This document shows, piece by piece, positions 12,121 through 25,652 of a stretch of 64,000 nt of DNA. Source of the stretch: Mobula hypostoma (taxonomy: Eukaryota); assembly GCF_963921235.1 (NCBI RefSeq), contig NC_086108.1:90646001-90710000 (forward strand). Reading direction: 5' to 3'. Below the pieces are notes generated by a model that had not been told where the DNA came from, searched no databases, and saw only the letters and a list, made by a program, of their open reading frames with translations. Position numbers and translations under genes: made by a program. Each line of letters begins with the position of its first letter. Positions within the stretch are counted from its first letter, which is position 1.

Positions 12121-13364
12121 ACAGCATGGTCCAGTTGGGCCGAAGGACCTGTTTCTGCACTTATCTGCATATCATTCTTCCTGCCTCATTTTTCAGTGTT
12201 CAGGGTAATGGAGATTTCATCACTGGCTCTCGCTTCTCTGTTTGCAGCTCATGCATTCATATAACGTCTGAGCCCCATGCTGCATGACCTGCCTCCTTTA
12301 TTGTGTCATTCCACACAGCATGGTGCTCAACTGGGGCAAATGATTTGAAATGAAAATACCTATGCACACGAGTTTACCGAGTTCCCCTTCCTGTGTTTTC
12401 CTCACCTCCATGGCTGCCTTTTGTCCATCTTGTGGCTACCCCAGGGAGATTACTTGGTACCTCCTACTAACAATGACACAGCAGTTGTGAGTTCCTCATG
12501 CAGACATCAATATTCAAACTAAATGTATATCAAAGTACACGTATGTCACCATATACAACCCTGAGATTCACTTTCTTGCATGCATATTCAATAAAGCCAA
12601 TAACCATAACAGAGTCAATGAAAGACTGTGCCGAGAGGGCAGACAACCAATGTGCAAAAGACAGCAAACTGTGCAAATACAAAATGAAAGAGAAACAAAA
12701 GAAATAATAATTATCGGAAGAAGTAAATAAGCGATAAATATTGAGAACATGAGATGAAGAGTTCTTGATAGTGAGTCCATAGGTTGTGGGAACAGTTCAG
12801 AGATGGAGCAAGTGAAGTTATCCCCTTGGAGCCTGATGGTTGAGGGGCTTGATAGAAACCCACAATTTTAGTGCCCACCACAGTGCAGCCAGCATTCAAC
12901 ATACTTTTGAAAATGTGGGTGGCTGAACTCCAATCAATCAAGAGAAGTTTCATAAAGATGGCCATCTCGTTTCGTCTCTTTTTCTTCAGCAGCTTGAATT
13001 TCTTAACTCATCGGGTTCAGTGAGCGCAGTAGCACAGCCAACTTCGTTGACCAACCTCTCTTATACTCTCTATAACAACAGGCTACTTGCCTGATATCTG
13101 ATGCTGGATGAGGCAAAGTAATTAAATACTGAGTGGACCAAACCTGTTGATTCCAAACCCCAACATAGAACCCACCCCTTGGTCACAAGCCTCGCCATTT
13201 TCTTGACTGCTGTCGGCAGCTGAACCGGACTGTTTGCTGTCTTATTATCTGAATCTGAGATTAGCTTTACGCACCATAACCACTTTATCACCAAGACATA
13301 TTGTATTATTACTCATCGCTGCCCCTGTCTCACTCCACCTGTTGCTAACTCATCAGGGCTTTTA

Positions 13365-13720
13365 TAGAGTCACAGAAAAGTACAGCACCGAAACAGGCCC
13401 TTCGGCCCATCTATTCCATGCCAAACTATTTAAACCGCCTACTCCCATCAACCTGGACTGGGACCGTAGCTGTCCATAGCCCTACCCTACTATCCATCCA
13501 CCTATCCAAATGTCTCCTAAACATTGAAATTGAGCTTGCACACCCCACTTCTGCTGGCATCTCATTCCACACTCTCACGACCCTTTGAGTGAAGAAGTTT
13601 CCCCTCATATTCCCTTTAAATGTTTCACCTTTCACCCTTAACCTATGACCTCAGGTTGTAGACCCTCACCACCTTAGTGGAAAAAGCCTGCTTGCATTTA
13701 TCTGTATGCCTCATAATTCA
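13365..13720 (-). mobile_element. CR1 LINE 3' end fragment
   Basis: ORF 13426-13635 reads FKGNMRGNFFTQRVVRVWNEMP. Confidence 0.8.
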
Positions 13721-13997
13721 TTGCAGTAGAACTGGACTATTCATTCCCTTGTTCTCCTAACTAGCCCATCATCTCTCTCTTTCTATAAATTTGAGTACAT
13801 TCAGAATCTTTTCCTATAGCCTAACTTCTGTTCTCGAATAGCCTTCTGCACGGTCACCTGAATTGGTTTTCGTTGCTCTAAAGCATTGAAATCTCTTCAC
13901 TGTTAATGAACAGCACGCTAATATGATTTTAGTTAGTGTGAAATAAGGAACTCTTATTATGTTGTGCACTGTTTCTGAGTTGTTTTTAATTGGTTGA

Positions 13998-14177
<180 letters not shown>

Positions 14178-15868
14178 TAGAGCATTACAAATATCAATAT
14201 TCAATGAAGAGTTTTATAAACATGAATCATTATATATTTATATTGTTATCACTTAAGAATTTACTTTTTTAGAGAATTATTCATTATATCACTAGTTCTT
14301 TCATCTAGTAATAAAGCTCTTGCATTTATTTTGTCTTTTATGTGCACTATTTGATGTGCCAAAATATTTTATTGTCAATCTATTCCTGTCAAAATATTGT
14401 CATTGCTACTTCTTAGCAAATGCAGCATTAAAATTTACCTCGTGAGCAAAGTTCAAAGTACATTTATTATCAAAGTATGTATGCAATATACAATCCTGAT
14501 TTCTTCCACTCCAGACAGCCTGGAAACAGAGAAACCCTTGAAACCCTGACAAAGAAAATTATCAATTCCACCCCACCCCAAACATGCAAAAAAAGCAAAT
14601 TGCACAAAAGGCAACAAGAACATCAACCCCCACGCGCGAAAAGCAAGCCACGCAAAAAGCAACAAGAAAGAATGGGTGATAACATAGAGTATGAAAGCAC
14701 AAAACTGAATGAGTCCAATCGAGCCACAGCCCAGTCCACAAACTGCAGACCTAGATTTTCGGTACCATCCTTCAGAAGCATCGGGGGGGGGGGGCGGTGG
14801 GGTGGTGAGGGAGCAAGGGAGATCATTCCAACACAGGAGCCTTGCCTTTCCTCTGAAGCAGTGAGCGAGGGGGAGAGGGGGAGAGGGAGAGGGAGACCAT
14901 CACATGCAGATTCCTCCCTACAGCAGCAGCAGCAGCAAGCGAGTGGCTGGTAGATGGCTCTGAACACTCGCTCGATGGCGCCATCTTGACCACAAAAATT
15001 ATATCTTAACCCCTGATATTCTATTGCGGTATTTTGTGTGAAAGGTAAATGTTCATGGTGAGGATAACCATCTATCTCATCACTGAAATGATTTCATGGG
15101 ATCTTTGAACTGAAAAGACAGACTTAAAGTTTCCTCTGAAGGAAAAATTATTTCCAACAGTGAAACACTTCCCTCTGGGAAGACTTTCTACTCTTCTAAG
15201 GCAGACATTAATGGTCAAGGATAACTTTTTCCACTCCATTCTGTGAGTTCAGAGGCTGCTGCTAAGTCCATTGAGAAGACGATGAGGCAGGAGATGTGTG
15301 ATGGGGTGGACAAATGGATCCATTGCTAGGAGATGCATTCCTTCTGCCTTTTGTGCCAGAACTTCTATGTGTTCGTAGGCATGAAGCTTTTGATACCATT
15401 TTGAAAGCTCCTTCTCCTGTTTGAGCAGGCATGGGCTGGAATTCCCAGAAGTCAAAGAAGGATACAGTGGACAAATGGGATGAGTGTAGAGGGGATGAAA
15501 GGGTGGCTTGGCCATGGTGTCCCAAAGGATCTGCACCTGTTGTGTACATCTCTATTGCTCTAATTCAGTGACTATATTCCATTTCTTCAAGGAAGCTTTG
15601 AACACAGCCATAAACCCTTTCCTTTGTCTAGTTGGCATTTTCTTGCGGTGATGAACGATGAAAGAAACTGTTCTTTCCCACAACCATCAGGTTTTAGAAC
15701 TGACCTCTAGAATCCTAACCCTACCTCAGCAATGGAACACAGCAAACAACCCTTGCACTACTGTGGACTTGCATCTGCCTCTTGAGTTCTTGTTTTGCAG
15801 TAACTTATTTTTCTCTTACTTCTCAGTCTTGTGTAATTTATGCATGATTTGTGTTCTCTGTGCTGTCT

Positions 15869-16276
15869 GAAACTCATTCGTAAGGCCAGTGATGTTGTGG
15901 GGATGGAACTGGAGTCTCTCACGGTGGTGTCTGAAAAGAGGATGCTGTCTAAGTTGCATGTCATCTTGGTCAATGTCTCCCATCCACTACATAATGTACT
16001 GGGTGGGCACAGGAGTACATTCAGCCAGAGACTCATTCCACCGAGATGCAGCACAGAGCATCATAGGAAGTCATCACTGCCTGTGGCCATCAAACTTTAC
16101 AACTCCTCCCTTGGAGGGTCAGACACCCTGAGCCAATAGGCTGGTCCTGGACTTATTTCCTGGCATAATATACATATTACTATTTAATTATTTATGGTTT
16201 TATTACTATTTATGGTGCAACTGTAATGAAAACCAATTTCCACCGGGATCAATAAAGTATGATTATGACTATGACT
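15869..16276 (+). mobile_element. Rex1/Babar-like LINE 3' end
   Basis: KLIRKASDVVG...HPLH...RLIPPRCSTE...LPVAIKLYN, then AATAAA and an (ATGACT)n tail; near-identical to 59164-59344. Confidence 0.75.
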
Positions 16277-16369
16277 GTACCTACGTACCTGCTGTAAGCA
16301 AGTTTACCTCACCATACTTGGGCACATGAAAATAAGCTCAATTTGACTTGACTTGCTTTAGGAGTTTTA

Positions 16370-16760
16370 TGCTGGGCATGTGAATGACTCGGCCTGCCCA
16401 ACATAACTGAGTGTTTTCAAGATCACAGTACTGGGGAAGATGGCCTGGGAATTATTGGTATTCCCATAATTCCATTGTGAATTAGTGGATTTTGCAAAGA
16501 AAGTATTGGTGGTGTCTTTCAGTTCCTTGACATGCTTGCTGTAGGGTAATATAAAAACATCCAGGAGGACATGAATCACTGCAGCCTGGTATACCACAAG
16601 TTTTCTGTCATGCCTGAGATCTGACCTTCAGTTACCTTTTACCTTAGTCGACTATATACTATGCTGGTATATAGTATTGTGCAATCTGGCTAGGTCAGCA
16701 GAGGACCTTCGTCTTGTGGATGTTGAATATAAGGCCCAATAACAAGGTAGGTGCACTGCA
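16370..16760 (-). mobile_element. Degenerate RTE-like LINE remnant
   Basis: VYQAAVIHVLL resembles the RTE thumb-region motif; heavily mutated. Confidence 0.45.
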
Positions 16761-16886
16761 GTGTCAACCAAGTGTTTTGTGGAAGTGATCTTGATCTTAC
16801 AGCAATCTCGCTCATATTGTAAGGTCGCTAAGAAAATGTGAACATATAAGGCATTTATTTATTAAGAGGTACAGTAAGGTAGTATG

Positions 16887-17197
16887 GGCACGTGGCCAAG
16901 TGGTTAAGGCATTCAACTAGCGATCTGAAGGTTGTGAATTCAAGCCCCAGCCGAGGCAGCATGTTGTGTCATTGAGCAAGGCACATAACCATACAGTGCT
17001 CTGTAATGACACTGGTGCCAAGCTGTATCGGCCCTTGCACTTCCCTTGGACAACATCAGTGTCATGGAGAGGGGAGACTTGCAGCATGGGCAACTGCCGG
17101 TCTTCAATACAACCTTGCCCACAACCTTGCCCAGGCCTGTGCCCCGGAGAGTGAAGACTTTCCAGGTGCAGGTCCATGGTCTTGCAAGACTAACAGC
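16887..17197 (+). mobile_element. tRNA-derived SINE with CORE-like segment and structured 3' domain
   Basis: A box TGGCCAAGTGG, degenerate B box gaattcaagcc, CORE-like gtgtcattgagcaaggcacataacc. Confidence 0.7.
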
Positions 17198-19447
17198 CAG
17201 GTAATAGGCTCTTCCCGCCCAATGATCCTGTGCCTTCCAATTACACCCATGTAACTAATTAACCTATTAACCTGTACATTTTTGGGATGTGGGAGGAAAC
17301 TGAACACCCAGAGGAAACCCACGCAGTCACAGGGAGAATATACAAATTCCTTGCAGTCAGCAGCAGAATTGAACCTGGCTTGCTGGCACACTAACAGCTT
17401 CAGCAACCTCTGTGAGAAGTTTGCCTGCCCCCTCAGTAGAAGGTTGAGAGTATTTTGTGAGAAAATTTTCTTACATTGGTCTTAATGGGATAGCACTAAA
17501 ATGTGAAGAAGCACTGCAGTATTTATTAAAACATTGCATTGTAGACAGTGTTCACCAATACTTATTCCATAGCTTTCCTACACAGTTCACGTGGTGAATG
17601 AAGCATTTATGACACAACACAAGTTATGTCAGTTGCCTTATTGGAACATTTTTATTTATAACAGTGCTTCCCAAACTTTTTGGGTTACCACCCCATTGGC
17701 TCTGAGACCATTTCTGCAGGCCATCCCTCTACTTTTCTGGCCATTACCTAATGAAGAATTTTGATTCACGATGCACAGTGAAAGAAAATAGGAACTGCAA
17801 TTTCAAAGCAGTGACAAATAATTGCAAACATTATTCAAATCTATTTAATAAAGTTACAAATAAAATTATTTTGTTATTTAATTACAGAGAAAACAATCAT
17901 CAACAATTTTAGAGTATTCTTTAGTAGTCCAACTATTCACTACTTCATTGTTGTTTTCACCTTTCAATGAGATAGATGGGCTTGGTGTAGTGATAATAGC
18001 TTCTCAAAATCAGGCTGAACATCATTTAGAAGGACTCTCAGATACCCATATTGAGTGATTTGCAGTCTGTTTCATTCTTTTGAAAGAAGTTAGGCAACTG
18101 CACAGAAACTGTGCTCCACTACATTTGATGTTGGAAAGACAAGAGTATCTCAACCTTTTTCCACAGTGCAGGATAGTGTTAAAAGATTTCTTTCTGCAAC
18201 TAAAAGTCTTGATATGATTTTTTGAAGCTCAAAGTCAATTTGTGGCAAGAGCAGTTCTTACTGCACCTTCCTGATAATTCCTCATTGCAAGTGTTCAGGA
18301 ATGGATTTATTACCAAATCCGGAATCTGGATTGAGAGAAGATCCTGAAATCTCTCTGCCATCTCTTTCTGCAGCTCACACAGGTGTGCACGATATACTTG
18401 AACATCATCAGATAATATTCTTTCTTTCGCTTCCAACTCGGAGAGAATTGTAAATTGGAAAAGATAGTGCCTGCTAAGGTTGCACTGAAATAGGGTTAAC
18501 TTGAGCAGAAATGTGGAGACAATTAATAACCCTACAGTGGTGTCCTGTCATTCATGGTGCCACATCTGTTGCACAAACAAGAATGTTGCTGAGTGGAATG
18601 ACCTTCACTTTGACAAATTGCTCAACAACCCGAAATAATGACTCTGTCTTTGTATCTGTTTCTACTCCGCTTGTATAACAACTCTTGAACCATACTTTCA
18701 TCTTTTATGAAGCAAACATAAGCACGAAGCAAAAACTGATTGTCTAGCAAAGTTGACTCATCCAACTGCAGAGAAAATTCTATTTTCAGAAGTATGTTGA
18801 ACAATGTGTCTTCCGCATTCTCAGATATTTCATTTATTCATCTTTGAACAGAGTTATCACTGAATGGAATCATTTTAGTTACTTAGTCTGGTGACTTATT
18901 CATAAGTCTACTACTGACAGAGCCAGTTCTTCCCCAATTGTATGGGGCTTCCAGATTCAGCAATGAGCAATGAAGTTCTGTATGAAGCACGCAAAGCATG
19001 ACTGTTTTGTTGTGAAGTGTTTGAACATATTTTGAAGTGTTTACCATTTCTGAAGTTTTTCAGCAAGTGACTGAAAAGTAGCCAAGTTCTTGTTTCAGTT
19101 AGCAGAGTGTATGCTCTTCAAATTTTCAAGGAGCCTGGGTGGTTTCACGGCCTCATTTGTCACACAACAGATACATGGGCTGCAGTTGTTTGCTTGGTGC
19201 TGGTATAAATCCAATTTCAGGTTATCCACAATACTTCTTTTTCGTTTGGTTTTCTTCTGCCATTTTCATTATGGATTAACAATCACTATCAATCACTTAT
19301 TGCTTAAGTCCAATCTCAAGTGCCATGATCCCTAAAGGGGAAAGTTATAATGTCATCATTGCTCAGGCAAAACCTGACTCTCTGCCTGAAGGTACAGTAC
19401 CCCGAAAAAGTATTCAGCCTCCATGACTATTTTCACATTTTACTGCA

Positions 19448-20412
19448 AACACGAGAAAATCTGCAGATGCTAGAATTTCAAACAACACACACAAAATGCT
19501 GGTGGAAGGCAACAGGCCAGGCAGCATCTATAGGAAGAAGTACAGTCGACGTTTTGGGTCGAGACCCTTCATCAAGACTGACTGAAAGAAGAGATAGTAA
19601 GAGAGTTGAAAGTAGGAGGGGGAGGGAAAGACCCAAAATTATAGGAGAAGACAGGAGGGGGAGGGATGAAGCTATGAGCTGGGAAGTTCATTGGAAAAAG
19701 GGATACAAGGCTGGAAAAGGGGAAGTATCATAGGACAGAAGGCCTTGGAAGAATGAAGGGGGGAGGGGAGCACCAGAGGAAGATGGAGAACAGGCAATGA
19801 GTTATTGTGAGAGGGAAAGAGAAAAAAAAATTACCGATGGGGTAAGTTGGGGAGGAGGGGCATTAACAGAAGTTAGAGAAGCCAATGTTCATGCCATCAG
19901 GTTGGAGGCTACCCAGACGGAATATAAGGTGTTGTTCCTCCAACCTATGTGTGGCTTCATTTCGACAGTAGAGGAGGCCATGGATTGACATATCGGAATG
20001 GGAATGGAACGTGGAGTTTAAATGTGTGGCCACTGGGAGATCCTGCTTCTTCTGGTGGACAGAGCGTAGGTGTTCAGCGAAGTGGTCTCCCAATCTGCGT
20101 CGGGTCTCACCAATATATAGAAGGCCACACCGGGGGCACCAGACACAATATATCACACCAGCAGACTCACAGGTGAAGTGTCGCCTCAGCTGGAAGGACT
20201 GTCAGTGGCCTGAATGGTGGTGAGGGAGGAGGTGTAAAGGCAGGTGTAGCACTTGTTCCGCTTACAAGGGTAAATGCTGGGGGGAGATCAGTGGGAAGGG
20301 ATGGGGAGGATGAATGGACAAGGGAGTCGTGTAGGGAGTGATCCCTGCAGAAAGCAGAAAGTGGGGGGGCGGGAGGGAAAGATGTGCTTGGTGATGGGAC
20401 CTGTTGGAGATG
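19448..20412 (-). mobile_element. Penelope-like element 3' part with GIY-YIG endonuclease
   Basis: ORF 19863-20156 reads IYCVWCPRCGLLYIGETRRRLGDHFAEH...EQHLIFRL...GMN; 8-bp TSD TTACTGCA. Confidence 0.9.
19543..19580 (-). ncRNA. Minimal hammerhead motif, probably inactive
   Basis: CAGTC-TTGATGA-A-GGG-tctcga-CCC-AAAA-CGTC-GACTG; G12 is replaced by A. Confidence 0.6.
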
Positions 20413-21122
20413 TTACTGCATTATTTTCTAAATTTAAAATTTATTGATGTAGGATTTTTGAGCTAACCTACAAAACATTATGCATCATATCAGGTCTAAA
20501 GGAGATGTCCAAAACCTGTCAACAATTTAGTAAAAATAAAAAATAAAATTGTGAGGCTGAAAAAGTATTTATTCCCTTTATAATTATGATGCTAACTTTC
20601 CTCAGGCGCGATACACTCTATATTACCTTACCCAATTTTTTTACATAGAAAATTGAACAATCACAAGTTTTCAATGAATTCATAAGAATAAATACCCCCT
20701 CTCTCTGGAAGGTGCAACAGCATAAAAGATTTTCAACAGACCAAACCAAAATGAAGACAAAAGAGCATCCAAGACAAGGCCAGAAAGTGATAACGGAGAA
20801 ACACAAGTTTAGGGAAAGGTACAAGACCATTTCAAAGGCATTGAACATACCTTGGAGCTCAGAGTAGACCATCATGAAAAAGTGGAAAAAATATTGCACT
20901 ACAGCCACAGTGTCTAGGTCAGGCCACCCCACTAAACCAAGTCGCTGGAGAAGAATAGCACATGTAAGAGAGGCTATGTGATTCCAACAGTCACTCTGTC
21001 AGTGGCTGCAACTGAAGAAATTGTTCACGGCTCCCCAATCTCCCAGGCCTTGCAGAGAAAGGGTATTTATGGAAGAATGACAAGGAAGAAGCCCTGACTA
21101 AAAAAAACTTTTCCTTGCTTGT

Positions 21123-21481
21123 ACACGCAAGGAAATCTGCAGATGCTGGAATTTCAAGCGACACACATAAGAGTTGCTGGTGAACACAGCAGGCCAGGCA
21201 GCATCTCTAGGAAGAGGTACAGTCGACGTTTCGGGCTGAGACCCTTCGTCAAGACTAACTGAATGAAGAGCTAGTAATAGATTTGAAAGTGGGAGGGGGA
21301 GGGGAGATCCGAAATGATAGGATAAGAGAGGAGGGGGAAGGATGGAGCCAAAAGCTGGACAGTCGATTGGCAAAAGGGATATGAGATGATCATGGGACAG
21401 GAGGCCTAGGGAGAAAGAAAAGAGGGAGGGGGAAAAAACCAGAGAATGGGCAAGGGGTATAGTGAGGGGGACAGAGGGAGA
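21123..21481 (-). mobile_element. Penelope-like 3' terminal fragment
   Basis: Homologous to 19448-19800; 10-bp TSD CCTTGCTTGT (21113-21122, 21482-21491). Confidence 0.85.
21220..21257 (-). ncRNA. Minimal type I hammerhead motif (U3 variant)
   Basis: TAGTC-TTGACGA-A-GGG-tctcag-CCC-GAAA-CGTC-GACTG. Confidence 0.72.
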
Positions 21482-22908
21482 CCTTGCTTGTGAAAACTTT
21501 ACAAAGCATCACTGAGAAGATACTGTAAAGATGTGGAAGGAGGTCTTGTGGTTGGCAATGAGAACAAAGTGTAACTTTTGGCCTCAACACTAAGCAGTAT
21601 GTGTGGCGTAAATCTAATACTGCACACCAGCCAGGTAACACCATCCCGACTGTAAAGTATGGTGGAGACAGCTTCATTCTATGGGGATGATAGGACAGCA
21701 GGAACTGGAAATCTGATCAGGATTGATGGGAAGATGAATGCTGCTAAATACAGAGAGATTCTGGATCAAAACCTGCTCACCTCTGCCAGAAAGCAGGACA
21801 ATGACCCAAATGTGGCTTCAAATGAAGAAAACTGATATCCTTGGGTGGCCCAGTCAGAGCTCTGTCCTTAAACCAATTGAACATCTCTGGCAGGACTTCA
21901 AGATTGCTGTTCATTGCTGCACTCCAACTAACCTGGCACAGCTTGAGCAATTTTGTAAGGAGAAATGGGCAAATCTTGCTCCATCACATTGTGGAAAGCT
22001 GTTGGAGACTTATCCAAAAAGATTACTGGTTGTAAGACAGTCCAACTAGGTAGGAAGGAAAGGGGGATGAATTCTTTTGAACTGCTGACATTTCAGTTTT
22101 GGAATTTTTAGTTTGCCATGCTTTACAATTTTTTTCTGATTTTTGGGCTACACTGTGAAAGGGGTGCAAGTGATTCACAAATAAAAATTCTTAGTTAAAT
22201 TGCTCAAAATCCTTGGCTGTAATACTCATTTACGTGAACAAAAGGATGGGGGCTGAATATTTTTTCAAGGCACTGTATGTAGCGTGAGACAGCAATATCA
22301 CATTTGGGCTATGGGCTAGAGAAATTCGGTCAAGAAGGGCGTAATCTGAACTTTACCCTATTGACTACCATACCCTAATTCACAGGAATTGTATCACTGT
22401 GCAATTAAAGTATGGAACTCATAGTAGCTAAAACAGTTCTACAGTACTGAATAACAATAATACACGGTCTGGACCCAATAAAAAGCATAATTTCTTCAGT
22501 ACAGATTCCTCCTGAAATGCCAAATACAGAAGTGTCACATTGCTTTTCAACAGCTATAACATGCTTCAAGCAAAGTCTAAGAGAATGGTGAGTTAGCAAA
22601 AAATGAGGTGATTATCTGATCATTGTAATCAATTATGAGGTTTTGAGGATCAAATGCTTAAGATAAGTAATTCATTTTTAAATTAAGCCCATATTCCTTT
22701 ATTTGTCCCTCTTGCGACTGAGTACCTTCCCCACTGCCCCCTTTATCTCTATTTGCCCTTGGAGACATCCACCCAGGAGGCAATATCACCCACTTTGGGA
22801 ACCCATTGATTTATAGACTAGTTTGTAGTGATGATGTATTGCCTTTGGAAAATCATGTACCTTTTCCAGGAAAGGTAGCACATGGATCCTAGCACATTTT
22901 CTTGATTA

Positions 22909-25652
22909 CAGAGACTCGGCTGGCACCAGGGCAGGAATGGATTCTCAATATTCCTGGATTTCAGTGCTTTAAAAGGGATAGAGAGGGCGGAAAAAGGGGA
23001 GGAGGGGTGGCATTACTGGTCAGGGATACTATTACAGCTACAGAAAGGGTGGGTAATGTAGCAGGATCCTCTTTTGAGTCAGTATGGGTGGAAGTCAGGA
23101 ACAGGAAGGGAGTAGTTACTCTATTGGGGGTATTCTGTAGGCCCCCTGGTAGCAGCAGAGATACAGAGGAGCAGAATGGGAGGCAGATTTTGGAAAGGTG
23201 CAAAAATAACAGGGTTGTTATCATGGGTGACTTTAACTTCCCTAATATTGATTGGCACCTGATTAGTTCCAAGGGTTTAGATAGGGCAGAGTTTGTTAAG
23301 TGTGTCCAGGATGGATTCCTGTTACAGTATGTGGACAGGCCAACTAGGGGGAATGCCATACTAGATCTAGTACTAGGTAATGAACCGGGTCAGGTCACAG
23401 ATCGCTCAGTGGGTGAGCATCTGGGGGACAATGACCACCGCTCCCTGGCCTTCAGCAATATCACGGAAAAGGATAGAATCAGAGAGGACAGGAAAATTTT
23501 TAATTGGCCAAGGGCAAATTATGAGGCTATAAGGCTAGAACTTGCGGGTGTGAATTGGGATGATGTTTTTGCAGGGAAATGTACTATGGACATGTGATCG
23601 ATGTTTAGAGATGTTAGGGATGTTAGGGATAAATTTGTCCTGGTGAGGAAGATAAAGAATGGTGGGGTGAAGGAACCATGGGTGACAGCTGAGGTGAAAA
23701 ATCTAGTCAGGTGGAAGAAGGCAGCATACATGAGGTTTAGGAAGCAAGGATCAGATGGGTTTATTGATGAATATAGGGAAGCAAGAAAGGAGCTTAAGAA
23801 GGGGCTGAGAAGAGCAAGAAGGGGGCATGAGAAGGCCTTGGCGAGTAGGGTAAAGGAAAACCCTAAGGCATTCTTCAATTTTGTGAAGAAAAAAAGGATG
23901 ACAGGAGTGAAGGTAGGCCCGATTAGAGATAAAGGTGGGAAGATGTGCCTGGAGGCTGTGGAAGTGAACGAGGTCCTCGATGAATACTTCTCTTCGGTAT
24001 TCACTAATGAGAGGGAACTTGATGATGGTGAGGACAATATGAGTGAGGTTGATGTTCTGGAGTATGTTGATATTAAGGGAGAGGAGGTGTTGGAGTTGTT
24101 AAAATACATTAGGATGGATATGTCTCCAGGGCCTGACGGAATATTCCCCAGGCTGCTCCATGGGGCGAGGGAAGAGATTGCTGAGCCTCCGGCTAGGATC
24201 TTTATGTCCTCATTGTCCACGGGAATGGTACCGTAGGACTGGAGGGAGGCAAATGTTGTCTCCTTGTTCAAAAAAGGTAGTAGGGATAGTCTGGGTAATT
24301 ATAGACCAATGAACCTTACGTCTGTGGTGGGAAAACTGTTGGAAAAGATTCTTAGAGATAGGATCTATAGGCATTTAGAGAATCATGGTCTGATCAGGGA
24401 CAGTCAGCATGGCTTTGTGAAGGGCAGATCTTGTCTAACAAGCCCGATAGAGTTCTTTGAGGAGGTGACTAGGCATATAGTGCAGTGGATGTGATCTATA
24501 TGGATTTTAGTAAGGCATTTGACAAGGTTCCACATGGTAGGCTTATTCAGAAAGTCAGAAGGCATGGGATCCAGGGAAGTTTGGCTAGGTGGATTCAGAA
24601 TTGGCTTGCCTGCAGAAGGCAGAGGGTTGTGGTGGAGGGAGTACATTCAGATTGGAGGATTATGACTAATGGTGTCCCACAAGGATCTGTTCTGGGACCT
24701 CTACTTTTCGTGATTTTTATTAATGACCTGGATGTGGGGGTAGAGGGGTGGGTTGGCAAATTTGCAGACGACACAAAGGTTGATGGTGTTGTAGATAGCG
24801 TAGAGGATTGTCGAAGATTGTAGAGAAACATTGATAGGATGCAGAAGTGGGCTGAGAAGTGGCAGATGGAGTTCAACCCGGAGAAGTGTGAGGTGGGACA
24901 CTTTGGAAGGACAAATTCCAAGGCAGAGTACAAATTAAATGGCAGGATACTTGGTAGTGTGGAGGAGCAGAGGGATCTGGGGATACATGTCCATAGATCC
25001 CTGAAAGTTGCCTCACAGGTGGATAGGGTATTTAAGAAAGCTTATGGGGTGTTAGCTTTCATAAGTCGAGGGATAGAGTTTAAGAGTCACGATGTAATGA
25101 TGCAGCTCTATAAAACTCTGGTTAGGCCACACTAGGAGTACTGTGTCCAGTTCTGGTCGCCTCACTATAGGAAGGATGTGGAAGCATTGGAAAGGGTACA
25201 GAGGAGATTTACCAGGACGCTGCCTGGTCTAGAGAGTATGCATTATGATCCGAGATTAAGGGAGCTAGGGCTTTACTCTTTGGAGAGCAGGAGGATGAGA
25301 GGAGATATGATAGTGGTGTACAAGATAATAAGAGGAATAGATAGAGTGGATAGCCAGCGCCTCTTCCCCAGGGCACCACTGCTCAATACAAGAGGACATG
25401 GCTTTAAGGTAAGGGGTGGGAAGTTCAAAGGGGATATTAGAGGAAGGTTTTTTACTCAGAGAGTGGTTGGTGTGTGGAATGCACTGCCTGAGTCAGTGGT
25501 GGAGGCAGATACACTAGTGAAGTTTAAGAGACTATTAGACAGGCATATGGAGGAATTTATGGTAGGGGGGTTATATGGGAGGCAGGGTTTGAGGGTCAGC
25601 ACAACATTGTGGGCCGAAGGGCCTGTAATGTGCTGTACTATTCTATGTTCCA
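22909..25652 (+). mobile_element. CR1 LINE, nearly complete ORF2 (APE endonuclease + RT), disrupted
   Basis: [52 protein letters not shown]; several stops and frameshifts; 7-bp flanking repeat TTGATTA. Confidence 0.95.

Larger units (their letters stand above)
9750..12165 (+). mobile_element. Old CR1 LINE 3' portion, interrupted by a solo LTR and a HERO element
   Basis: Degenerate RT and C-terminal motifs (GHGFKVREGRF, FFTQRVV). The 3' UTR resumes at about 12121 (gttgggccgaaggacctgtttctg). Confidence 0.75.
19395..22275 (+). mobile_element. Tc1 DNA transposon, decayed, with two Penelope insertions
   Basis: TA-flanked ~30-bp TIRs (CAGTACCCCGAAAAAGTATTCAGCCTCCAT and its near reverse complement). 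Transposase starts at ATG 20751 (MKTKEH...YKTISKALNIP), with PTVKYGG and WPSQSSVLKPIEHLW. Confidence 0.9.
17662..22808 (-). mobile_element. hAT (Charlie-type) DNA transposon, decayed, interrupted by Tc1
   Basis: TIRs CAGTGCTTCCCAAA / TTTGGGAACCCATTG; 8-bp TSD ATTTATAA / ATTTATAG. Transposase remnants FSLQLDEST, NEAVKPPRL and RFQDL...VINPF lie on the minus strand. Confidence 0.85.

Noticed and set aside
14477..14953. 158-aa ORF with a poly-Gln stretch
   Set aside because: Low-complexity repeat-derived sequence with no recognisable domain.
16887..16960. Possible tRNA gene (also about 36045-36120)
   Set aside because: These are tRNA-like SINE heads that continue into SINE bodies; no convincing cloverleaf.
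22909..25652. Possible active CR1
   Set aside because: It is 5'-truncated, lacks ORF1, and ORF2 has several stops and frameshifts.
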